Part shown: piece by piece, positions 9,779 through 17,070 of the stretch
Position numbering within the stretch: position 1 is the stretch's first letter
Layout of the letters: each line of letters begins with the position of its first letter
DNA from: an uncultured Actinomycetes bacterium
Lineage (GTDB): Bacteria > Actinomycetota > Actinomycetes > Acidothermales > Acidothermaceae
Length of the DNA stretch: 40,000 nt
NCBI GenBank assembly: GCA_963737705.1
Contig: CAVTTP010000008.1
Coordinates: 15,632 to 55,631 of the forward strand
Direction: 5' to 3'
The notes under the pieces: model-generated
Database searches by the model: none
Seen by the model: the letters and a program-made list of their open reading frames with translations, nothing else
Told to the model about the DNA's origin: nothing
Position numbers and translations under genes: made by a program

Positions 9779-10651
9779 ATGCGGTATCGCAAGGTTGGGC
9801 GAGGCGTCGACACCTTCACGGTAAGCGCGATCGGCCTAGGTGAGATGCCACTGTCGGTTGCCGGACGACCTGACCGCACGCAGGCGATCAACACGATCCA
9901 TGCCGCGCTCGACGCAGGTATGACCTTCATCGATACGGCTGACGCCTACTGCTTGACTGCGGCCGACCTCGGCCATGGCGAGCGACTGGTCGCCGCTGCG
10001 CTCGCGTCGTACGGGTCCGACACCACCGCAGTTCTGGTCGCGACCAAGGGCGGCCACACGCGTGGTCCCGACGGTTCGTGGAGTGTCGACGGGCGACCCG
10101 AATACCTCAAGCGGGCCGCCGAGCAATCATTGAAGACACTCGGCGTCCCGGCAATCGGCCTCTATCAATTCCACCGTCCAGATCCGCGGGTGCCTTACGC
10201 CGACAGCATCGGTGCGATCCGGGAGCTGCTCGACGAAGGCAAGATCCTGTTCGCCGGAATCTCCAACGCCAACGTCACTCAGATCGCGCTCGCGGACCGC
10301 ATCCTTGATGAGCGTCTTGCGGTGGTGCAGAACCAGTTTGCGCCAAACTTCCGTTCGTCCGAGGGCGAGCTGAACTACTGCCGCGACAACGGAATTGCCT
10401 TCCTGCCATGGAGTCCGCTGGGTGGTATCGGCAATGCGAGCGGTATCGAGCGACGCTACCCGGCATTCGTCAAGGTCGCTGCGGCCCGCGGCATTACCGC
10501 GCAACAGGCCACGCTCGCGTGGATGCTGGCGAAAGGTCCCAACGTCATCCCGATCCCAGGTTCGAGCCGGCCCGAAACCGCAGTTGCATCGGCGGCCGCA
10601 GCCGACATCGATCTGACGGTGGAAGAAGTCGCGTTGCTGGACGCCGCATGA
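9779..10651 (+). CDS. Aldo/keto reductase
   Basis: 290-aa ORF with AKR-typical N-terminus (LGEMPLS..AGMTFIDTADAY) and the motifs GLYQFHRPD, GISNA and IPIPGSSRPE. Confidence 0.9.
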   Translation: MRYRKVGRGVDTFTVSAIGLGEMPLSVAGRPDRTQAINTIHAALDAGMTFIDTADAYCLTAADLGHGERLVAAALASYGSDTTAVLVATKGGHTRGPDGSWSVDGRPEYLKRAAEQSLKTLGVPAIGLYQFHRPDPRVPYADSIGAIRELLDEGKILFAGISNANVTQIALADRILDERLAVVQNQFAPNFRSSEGELNYCRDNGIAFLPWSPLGGIGNASGIERRYPAFVKVAAARGITAQQATLAWMLAKGPNVIPIPGSSRPETAVASAAAADIDLTVEEVALLDAA

Positions 10652-11586
10652 ACGTGCGTGCGGCCCGATTGATCGAGCACGGCAAACCGCTCGAAGTGCA
10701 GCAGGTAGAGCTTCCGACACCGGCAGACGACGAGGTGTTGGTCGAGTTGGCCTACGCGGGCGTGAATCCCGTCGATGGCTACAACGCGGCGGGCAAGGTC
10801 GCTGCGGACGGGCCGCTGCCGCGCACGCTCGGTGCGGAGGCAGTAGGTCACGTCGACGGCAGGGCAGTTGTCGTGGCAGGAGGCGGTCTGGGCTCGATCC
10901 GCGACGGCGTCTTTGCCGAAGCGGCGGTCGTCCCCCGCACATCGGTCGTGGAGGTACCCGACGGGGTCGCACTGCGCGAGGCGGCGGCAGTCGGAATCGT
11001 CGGGCTCACGGCGTACCAGACGGTCGAGATCGCCGAGATCGGGCCTGGCGACCGGCTGCTCGTGCTGGCAGGCAGCGGCTCCGTCGGACTCGCCGCGATC
11101 TCCTACGCGGTCTCCAAAGGCGCGCAGGTCTGGGGCCAGACCGGTAGCGAGGCCAAAGCCGACGCCATTCTCTCGATGGGCGCGTCGCGCGCGGTCGTAT
11201 CCGACGCGGGCGGACTGACGGCGCAGATCCAGGCCTTCGAGCCGACCGCCGTCATCGACTCCCTGGGCGGCGAGTTCACCCCCGCCGCATTGGCCGCGCT
11301 TGCCCCGCGCGGTCGATTGCTGATCTTCGGCGCTAGCTCGGGCGCGGAGGGCAAGGTCCAGCTCCTGCAGCTCTACCGCAAGCAGCAGCGGATCCTCTCC
11401 TACGGCGGACTGCTGGCGACCATCCCCGAGCGACGTGCGGGCATCGTCGGTGCGCTTGCTGCGATCGCTGGCGGGCAGTTGCGAATCCGCATCGGCGCAG
11501 AGCGCAGTCTCGACGAGGTGAACGAGGCCTTCGCGCTGATCACAGACCGCCAAGTCGCCGGCAAGGTGATCCTGAAACTCCGCTGA
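10648..11586 (+). CDS. Zinc-binding/MDR-family NAD(P)-dependent dehydrogenase (quinone oxidoreductase-like)
   Basis: ATG 10648 overlaps the AKR stop (ATGA) and gives MNVRAARLIEHGKPLEVQQVELP. Has a GSGSVGLAAI nucleotide-binding loop and a GKVILK C-terminus. The upstream part of track ORF 10408.. overlaps the AKR gene. Confidence 0.88.
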   Translation: MNVRAARLIEHGKPLEVQQVELPTPADDEVLVELAYAGVNPVDGYNAAGKVAADGPLPRTLGAEAVGHVDGRAVVVAGGGLGSIRDGVFAEAAVVPRTSVVEVPDGVALREAAAVGIVGLTAYQTVEIAEIGPGDRLLVLAGSGSVGLAAISYAVSKGAQVWGQTGSEAKADAILSMGASRAVVSDAGGLTAQIQAFEPTAVIDSLGGEFTPAALAALAPRGRLLIFGASSGAEGKVQLLQLYRKQQRILSYGGLLATIPERRAGIVGALAAIAGGQLRIRIGAERSLDEVNEAFALITDRQVAGKVILKLR

Positions 11587-11611
11587 CCGCACCGGTGCGC
11601 GATGATGTGCC

Positions 11612-12505
11612 GTGACCAATGAGGCGCTGACTTGGCAGGCAGCCGCGTTGATCGGCGCTGCATGTGTCGCCGTCGCGACCGTCACCGAACGCGTGGTGCC
11701 CAACCGCTCAGCTGGCCCTGGCTCTCCTGGTCGGGCCCGCTCTTCCAGGGTCCTCTTCAACATCGCGTCATTCGGCCGTGAGGTCGGCATCATCCTCGGC
11801 CTGTACGCGCTTTGGCAGCTTGCCGGCGGCTATTCGCTCGGCCATACCAACGAGGCCGTGCGGCGGGGCCATTGGGTGTGGAATCACGAGCGCTCGTGGC
11901 ACTTTCCGAGTGAGGTCGCCTTACAGCGGCCGATTCTCGGACACCCGTTCATCGAACAGGTATGCAACATCTACTACGCGACCATGCACTTCGGGATGCT
12001 GCTTGCCGTCCTGCTATGGCTCTACATCCGCCATCGCGACGCATACCGTCGCACCCGCACGTTGATCGTGCTGACCACGACGGCATGCCTGCTGGTCGCG
12101 CTGGTTCCTGTGGCTCCGCCGCGCCTTATCGACGTCGGGATGGTTGACACGGCCACCGCCTATGGGCAATCGGTGTACGCGACCGGGCAACTCGGTGCGG
12201 ATCAGTATTCGGCAATGCCGTCCGTGCATGTCGCTTGGGCGTTCTTGGTTGCGATCGCGGTGATCAGTGCGACTCGCAGTCGATGGCGGTGGTTGATTCT
12301 CCTGCACACCGCAGCCACCGTCTATGTCGTCGTCGTCACGGCCAACCACTTCTGGCTCGACGGGGTGGTAGCGGTCGGGCTGCTTGGAATTTCCCTTGCT
12401 ATACAGGTGTTTTCGCGACGGCTAGTGCTGCGCTATCGCCAGCACCACCGACGTCCGATCGACAAACGGCCGGACGCCGAGTTGGAGCCGGTCGACGCGA
12501 CCTGA
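11612..12505 (+). CDS. PAP2-superfamily integral membrane protein (inositolphosphotransferase / PAP2_3-like)
   Basis: 297-aa ORF with several hydrophobic segments. Motifs SAMPSVHVAW and ANHFWLDG match the PAP2 C2/C3 signature. Confidence 0.75.
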   Translation: MTNEALTWQAAALIGAACVAVATVTERVVPNRSAGPGSPGRARSSRVLFNIASFGREVGIILGLYALWQLAGGYSLGHTNEAVRRGHWVWNHERSWHFPSEVALQRPILGHPFIEQVCNIYYATMHFGMLLAVLLWLYIRHRDAYRRTRTLIVLTTTACLLVALVPVAPPRLIDVGMVDTATAYGQSVYATGQLGADQYSAMPSVHVAWAFLVAIAVISATRSRWRWLILLHTAATVYVVVVTANHFWLDGVVAVGLLGISLAIQVFSRRLVLRYRQHHRRPIDKRPDAELEPVDAT

Positions 12506-12508
12506 CCG

Positions 12509-13531
12509 CTAGTTGCCCGTCAAGGAGAAGTGCTGGTAGTCGGGATCGGCCCAGACGCCTCCCCACTTCCAGCCCACTGCGGCGAATGCATTGACTAGCT
12601 GCCCGCCAGGCACCGCCATGCCTGGGCGATACGGCGTGCGCTTTCCGTAGGCCGCTGCTTGCGGCGACGGCAACACCTGGCCGTTGAACACGTAGGGATT
12701 CTCGACGGTGTTCACATCGATTGCCTCGCCATATGCGTGGGCCGACCATTTCGGCGGGCCGTTCGCCACCGCGTAGCGGCAGTTGAAGGCAGCGGTGTTG
12801 TCTGCAGCCGTCGACGCCGAGTCGCTGGCGCCGAACGCCGAGACTGGGATCATCGTGCGGATCGGGAAGTGCTCTGCATACAGGGTCTTGAACACCTGCG
12901 TGATCGCTGGCACGACCGACGCCGCGATCACCAGCGTGCCCATGTGCGGCTTCGCATCGAAGCCCCAGTAAGTCATCGTGAGGTTGCGCAGCTGCGCAGG
13001 ACCGACCGGGCAGGTCGGCGTCCCGGCATGCCAGCTCTTGCCCAGCTGCGCCGCGGTGACGGTCGTTGCATTAGCAACGAACACATCGGGGACGACGGCG
13101 GCTTGGCTCGTCGGCGACGGCGCGGGAACGGGGTGGCCGATCGCCGTTGGCGGCGAGGCTGTTGGGCGCCCGGACGGCGTTGGGCGCGTCGAGGGCGACG
13201 CGGTCTTGGTGGGACTAGTTGCGGTGGGGCTAGGTGCGGTGGGGCTGGGCGTCGGGGTCGCCGGTTTGGTCGGTGCAGGGCTCGAGATCGCCGCAGGTAG
13301 CTGGCTCGAGGCGGCCGCAGCTGGCCCAGATGACGCTGGCGTCGGTGACGAGGCCGCCGGTGACGAGGCCGCCGGTGACGCGGGCGCGGATGACGCGGGC
13401 GCGGCCGGGCTCGATGCTGCGCTGCCACCCTTGTGGTTGCTCGTGCAAGCGGTGGCTACGAGGCCCATGATCATGACTGCCCCGAGCAGCGCCGTCCGCC
13501 TTGATGGAGTTTCGCGCTGGATGGCTGCCAC
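12509..13531 (-). CDS. M15-family metallopeptidase (D-Ala-D-Ala carboxypeptidase-like), secreted or lipoprotein, with a long Pro/Ala/Ser/Thr linker
   Basis: The N-terminal signal ends in ..GLVATAC (lipobox-like). A low-complexity linker of about 130 aa follows. The C-terminal domain carries SAHAYGEAIDVN and DYQHF metal-ligand motifs. Confidence 0.8.
   Translation of the reverse strand: MAAIQRETPSRRTALLGAVMIMGLVATACTSNHKGGSAASSPAAPASSAPASPAASSPAASSPTPASSGPAAAASSQLPAAISSPAPTKPATPTPSPTAPSPTATSPTKTASPSTRPTPSGRPTASPPTAIGHPVPAPSPTSQAAVVPDVFVANATTVTAAQLGKSWHAGTPTCPVGPAQLRNLTMTYWGFDAKPHMGTLVIAASVVPAITQVFKTLYAEHFPIRTMIPVSAFGASDSASTAADNTAAFNCRYAVANGPPKWSAHAYGEAIDVNTVENPYVFNGQVLPSPQAAAYGKRTPYRPGMAVPGGQLVNAFAAVGWKWGGVWADPDYQHFSLTGN
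13329..13403. repeat. In-frame 15-nt tandem repeat, 5 units, inside the M15 peptidase linker
   Basis: Units: gatgacgctggcgtc / ggtgacgaggccgcc x2 / ggtgacgcgggcgcg / gatgacgcgggcgcg. They encode the ..ASSPAASSP.. type repeats on the minus strand. Confidence 0.85.
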
Positions 13532-13590
13532 GCTTCAGGCTAACCGGGGAGTTTACGCAGCGGTGAGCAAAGTGCGACACAATCGATGGC

Positions 13591-14304
13591 GTGAACCATG
13601 AGCACGATCTCATCGACACGATCGAGATGTACCTGCGCACCATCTTCGAGCTCGAGGAAGAAGGCGCCGTCCCGCTGCGTGCGCGGATCGCTGAGCGGCT
13701 CTTGCAGAGTGTTCCGACGGTGTCGCAGACAGTGGCCCGCATGGAGCGCGACGGGCTCGTCACGATCGACGGCGACCGCCGTCTTGAGCTCACCCCCGCC
13801 GGTCGGGGGATCGCGACTCGGGTCATGCGCAAGCACCGCCTCGCGGAGTGCTTGCTCGTCGACGTCATCGGCCTCGAATGGGAGCTCGTGCACGAAGAGG
13901 CATGCCGGTGGGAGCACGTCATGAGTGAGGCAGTCGAGCGCCGGCTGCTCGACGTGCTTGGCCACCCGCAGGAGTCTCCCTATGGCAACCCGATTCCGGG
14001 TCTCGCCGAACTCGGCGAAGGTACCGACGACGTCGAGTTCCGCGAAGGGCTCGTTGCGTTGAGTGCAGTGCCGGAAAGTACGCACAACGTCATCGTGCGG
14101 CGTATCGGTGAGCCGTTGCAATCCGACACCGCGTTGTTGGTTCGGTTGCGTCGGGCGGGCATCCGGCCCAACATGCCCGTGCGAATCTCGCGCGTTGGCG
14201 GCGAACTATTCGTTGGTCGTGAGGGCGACGCTGTCGCGTTCGGTGATGCGGTCACGTCGCACGTATTCGTGTCGACGGCGCCGTCGGTGGCCACAGCTTC
14301 CTGA
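13591..14304 (+). CDS. ideR: Iron-dependent repressor, DtxR/IdeR family, with C-terminal SH3-like domain
   Basis: Near-collinear with IdeR: DTIEMYLRTIFELEEEG, ARIAERL..SVPTVSQTV, MRKHRLAECLLVDVIGLEWELVHEEACRWEHVMSE. The His/Glu/Cys metal ligands are conserved. Confidence 0.93.
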   Translation: MNHEHDLIDTIEMYLRTIFELEEEGAVPLRARIAERLLQSVPTVSQTVARMERDGLVTIDGDRRLELTPAGRGIATRVMRKHRLAECLLVDVIGLEWELVHEEACRWEHVMSEAVERRLLDVLGHPQESPYGNPIPGLAELGEGTDDVEFREGLVALSAVPESTHNVIVRRIGEPLQSDTALLVRLRRAGIRPNMPVRISRVGGELFVGREGDAVAFGDAVTSHVFVSTAPSVATAS

Positions 14305-14335
14305 GTTATCGGAACGCAGAGCTACCCGAACGCAG

Positions 14336-14848
14336 TTATTCGAGTGGGCCGTTCCATGGGGTTGGCGGCAGTCCGTTGATCTGACGTAGGAACTCGTTGT
14401 TGTACCAGTGGCCGAACGCCACGATGCTCGGATCGCGCGGCAGCGTTAGCAATGTCTCGTTGCGACAGAAGTCGTCGGCGTCATCCATGAGTTGGGTCAG
14501 CATCGTCAGGTCGTCGGCCATGTTGGCCGGCACCTGATACGTCAGGTCGACCGTTTGGTCGCCCCGTTCGATCGCGGCGTCTCGTTCCATGTCTGCGCGC
14601 GACGTGCTTGCCCCGAACCGGCGGCCGAGGATGTCAACGAGTTCACGAAGCCGAGGCGGCAGGGCGACGCCGTTCGCGGGTGTGCCATTGGAGCGGATGG
14701 CCATCAGCGTGAATTCCCTGATCAACTCGTCGTGATGCTCCCGGGCTCGTAGGAAGAGCGCGATCGGCAAGCCGATCAGTCTGACCGTCAGCAACTGTGC
14801 ATGGTCCGACTGATGCGTGTATCTGCCGAGGATTGGGCCGCCGGTCAT
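14336..14848 (-). CDS. Hypothetical protein, 170 aa, no family recognised
   Basis: The ORF has coding-like composition, no TM segment, an acidic central part and a Trp/Pro-rich C-terminus (FGHWYNNEFLRQINGLPPTPWNGPLE). No good SD is seen. Confidence 0.6.
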   Translation of the reverse strand: MTGGPILGRYTHQSDHAQLLTVRLIGLPIALFLRAREHHDELIREFTLMAIRSNGTPANGVALPPRLRELVDILGRRFGASTSRADMERDAAIERGDQTVDLTYQVPANMADDLTMLTQLMDDADDFCRNETLLTLPRDPSIVAFGHWYNNEFLRQINGLPPTPWNGPLE

Positions 14849-14915
14849 CGGCGCGCGACTCGCATGGATCCCATTTCACCACCGTCTTCAGCGCGGCCGC
14901 GGCAGATTGGTGAAC

Positions 14916-14958
14916 GACATGCGGGGAGGGCCAGCTCAGCTGACCCTCCCCGCATGTC
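14916..14958 (-). terminator. Perfect 15-bp stem hairpin downstream of the CsbD-like gene (no U-tract)
   Basis: gacatgcggggaggg (14916-14930) pairs with ccctccccgcatgtc (14944-14958), leaving a 13-nt loop. It begins 9 nt past the csbD-like stop. Confidence 0.55.
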
Positions 14959-14966
14959 GGATTCGG

Positions 14967-15137
14967 TTACTTGAAGACGTCCTTCACCTTTTCGCCCGCC
15001 TGCTTCAGGTTGCCGGCAGCCTTGTCCACCTTGCCTTCGGCTTCCAAGTCGCGATTGTTCGTTGCCCGCCCGGCAGCTTCCTTGACGTTGCCCTTTGCGG
15101 TCTGTGCGGTGTTCTTCACCTTGTCGGTGGTACCCAT
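14967..15137 (-). CDS. CsbD-family general stress protein, 56 aa (below the ORF-track size cutoff)
   Basis: Hand translation gives MGTTDKVKNTAQTAKGNVKEAAGRATNNRDLEAEGKVDKAAGNLKQAGEKVKDVFK. The GGAGGAG SD ends 7 nt before the ATG. The sequence is a typical CsbD Lys/Ala/Gly repeat pattern. Confidence 0.88.
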   Translation of the reverse strand: MGTTDKVKNTAQTAKGNVKEAAGRATNNRDLEAEGKVDKAAGNLKQAGEKVKDVFK

Positions 15138-15160
15138 CGGTACTCCTCCTCTGGTGGGTC

Positions 15161-15199
15161 TCTTTCTTTGGCGTGGAGCCTCTTTCTTTGGCGTGGACC
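15161..15199. repeat. Two tandem 20-nt units (TCTTTCTTTGGCGTGGAsC) in the csbD-like 5' leader
   Basis: 15161-15179 and 15181-15199 are identical except for one base. A third, degenerate unit overlaps the SD (15140-15160). Confidence 0.85.
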
Positions 15200-15202
15200 G
15201 TC

Positions 15203-15227
15203 GTACCCACGACGGGCCGCTCTATGC
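15203..15227 (-). promoter_or_regulatory. Candidate SigB/SigF-type stress promoter for the csbD-like gene
   Basis: The minus strand reads GCAT-N15-GGGTAC, which fits the Streptomyces SigB-type pattern GNNT-N14-16-GGGTAY. The position is appropriate, about 65 nt upstream of the ATG. Pattern match only. Confidence 0.3.
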
Positions 15228-15299
15228 AGCGGTGGGCGACACGATCTTGGCCGGTCTGCTCCGCGTCCCCCCACCACCGCCGGGCTCGCGGCACGATCG

Positions 15300-15317
15300 G
15301 CGGAGCGGCCGCTCCGC
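15300..15317. promoter_or_regulatory. Perfect 18-bp palindrome GCGGAGCGGCCGCTCCGC in the csbD/phoH2 divergent intergenic region
   Basis: Read directly. It lies 62 nt upstream of the phoH2 ATG and could be an operator or an RNA hairpin. Confidence 0.35.
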
Positions 15318-15379
15318 TGCCCTGCGGCGGCCGTCTCCAGGCACCGTCAAAGGGCGGTGGCCGTGACGACGGGATCTTC

Positions 15380-16825
15380 ATGAGCCTCGTGTCAGCCGAC
15401 ATCTCAGCCGATCTTCCTGCCGAAGTGCCTGCACAGGCGCATTCTGGTAGCAGGGAGGCCGCCATCGCCAAGATCGTCGTACTGGACACGTCGGCATTGA
15501 TGTCAGACCCCGAGGGCATTTTCGAAGCCTTCCCGGGCGCTGACATGGTCATCCCGCTCACGGTCGTGCAGGAGCTTGACGGGCTGAAGAAGCGGCTCGA
15601 CCCGGCAGGAGGAGCAGCCCGCGATGTCCTGCGTCGTATCGAAGGGCTGCGACTCGAGGCCGGTGGCGATCTGCGCAAGCCGCTCGAACGCCCCTTCGGT
15701 GGGACAGTGCGGATGCAGGTGAATGGCATCCAGACGTCCTTACTGCGCGAACACGGGCTCTCGACCGACACTCCCGACAACAAGATTGTTGGCACCGCGC
15801 TCGGGCTCGCGATGGCTTCGCCGGACGCCGGGCCGGTGCTCGTTGTATCCAACGACACCGCGTTGCGGCTGACGGCCGCCGCCGTCGGGCTTGCCGCCGT
15901 TGAACACAACCCGCTCGACCTCGCGCCGGCGCTCGCGCGCCCCGACGGGTGGATCGCTCTCGATGCCGAAGTCGCAGTTGTCGATGCGCTGTTCGACTCC
16001 CACCAGGTGTCTGTCGACAGCGTCGCCGGTGCGAGCGACCTTGCCGAGAACACGTTCGCGGTGTTGCGCTCGGGCACAAGTTCGGCGTTGGCGCGGGTGC
16101 GCGCTGGCGAGCTGCATCTGCTGGAGAGCCTTGCGCCCGTGTGGGGTCTGAAGGCTGCGAACAAAGAGCAACGCTTCGCTCTCGACTTGCTGTTGGACGA
16201 CGACGTGAAAGTCATCGTGCTCGATGGTCCTGCGGGCACCGGCAAGACACTGTGTGCAGTCGCTGCGGCGTTGCACATGGTTGTCGAGCAGCACCGGTTC
16301 GAGCGGTTGTCGGTCTACCGGCCGGTGATCCCAGTCGGTCATGCCGACCTCGGCTACCTGCCTGGCACATTGGACGAAAAAATCGATCCGTGGATGGCCG
16401 CCATCACCGACGCCGTCGCTGCCTTGTCAGGAGACGGCGCGGCTGCTAGTCGTCGCCGCCAAGACGGTGGCCGCGGCAAGGTTGCGCAGGACTCGCTCGA
16501 CTACATCAAGGCGCAAGGCCTGCTCACGATGGAGTCGGTGACCCACCTTCGTGGTCGCACGTTGCACTCGACGTTTGTGCTTGTCGACGAGGCGATGAAC
16601 CTTTCGCCGCAGGTCGGCAAGACGCTGCTGACTCGCATCGGCGCCGACTCCAAGATCGTGCTGACTGGCGACACGTCGCAGATCGATGCACCGTTCCTCT
16701 CAGAGCAGACGAACGCGCTGACCGCCGTGGTGTCGGCATTTAGCGGACAGGCGTGCTTCGGCCACATCCGGTTGACCAGAGGCGAGCGCTCGCCCGTTGC
16801 GGAGTTGGCCGCCCGACTGATGTAG
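15380..16825 (+). CDS. phoH2: PIN-domain / PhoH-like ATPase fusion (PhoH2)
   Basis: N-terminal PIN domain (IVVLDTSALMSDP..IPLTVVQELDGLK) followed by a PhoH P-loop ATPase (VLDGPAGTGKT, VLVDEAMN, TGDTSQID). The start was chosen at ATG 15380. The upstream 95 codons of track ORF 15095.. look non-coding and overlap the csbD region. Confidence 0.88.
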   Translation: MSLVSADISADLPAEVPAQAHSGSREAAIAKIVVLDTSALMSDPEGIFEAFPGADMVIPLTVVQELDGLKKRLDPAGGAARDVLRRIEGLRLEAGGDLRKPLERPFGGTVRMQVNGIQTSLLREHGLSTDTPDNKIVGTALGLAMASPDAGPVLVVSNDTALRLTAAAVGLAAVEHNPLDLAPALARPDGWIALDAEVAVVDALFDSHQVSVDSVAGASDLAENTFAVLRSGTSSALARVRAGELHLLESLAPVWGLKAANKEQRFALDLLLDDDVKVIVLDGPAGTGKTLCAVAAALHMVVEQHRFERLSVYRPVIPVGHADLGYLPGTLDEKIDPWMAAITDAVAALSGDGAAASRRRQDGGRGKVAQDSLDYIKAQGLLTMESVTHLRGRTLHSTFVLVDEAMNLSPQVGKTLLTRIGADSKIVLTGDTSQIDAPFLSEQTNALTAVVSAFSGQACFGHIRLTRGERSPVAELAARLM

Positions 16826-17070
16826 CACTTGCCCTTGAGTTGCTGGGCCAAATGGCCGAATCACCTAGTGCGGTGTGACGAGAGTTACCTCACGGTGCCT
16901 CGAGTGAAATTACAACCGTGTTATTCAGCGTGAACTCCGTTGTGCGCGCGAAATGTCGGTTGTTACGCCTGTTACTGGTGGGACTCAGAAAGCTATGGTC
17001 GCCCAGGAACGTGCAGCGCATTCGGCGTTAGCGCATCCGCCTTCTTGAGTCCTCGAGTTGTGGAGGTTAG
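16826..17070 (+). promoter_or_regulatory. 245-nt, visibly AT-richer intergenic region / 5' leader of the NlpC/P60 gene
   Basis: There is no credible ORF: candidate small ORFs have T-rich third positions. GC is lower than in the flanks. The region presumably contains the promoter, and possibly a structured leader. Confidence 0.4.

Noticed and set aside
13530-13548. Iron-box-like core AGGCTAACC between the M15 peptidase gene and ideR
   Set aside because: Only about 10 of 19 positions match the IdeR consensus, and both flanking arms are absent.
15095-15379. N-terminal extensions of track ORFs: phoH2 from 15095, dacB from 18715, tilS from 21657, hutU from 1383, the MDR dehydrogenase from 10408, folP from 28200 and ppa to 19161
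   Set aside because: The extensions overlap neighbouring genes or intergenic DNA, lack homology-like sequence, and internal starts reproduce the family-typical N-termini.
17044-17064. HspR HAIR-like half-site CTTGAGT
   Set aside because: The inverted partner ACTCAAG is absent at N7 spacing; the sequence there is ttgtgga.
16826-17070. ydaO (cyclic-di-AMP) riboswitch upstream of the NlpC/P60 gene
   Set aside because: This is the expected context, but I could not find the conserved core segments (ACGGGGA.., GGGUGAAUC, CCGACAGCUAACCUCGUA-like). Only a CCGAATC fragment is present. A covariance-model scan would be decisive.
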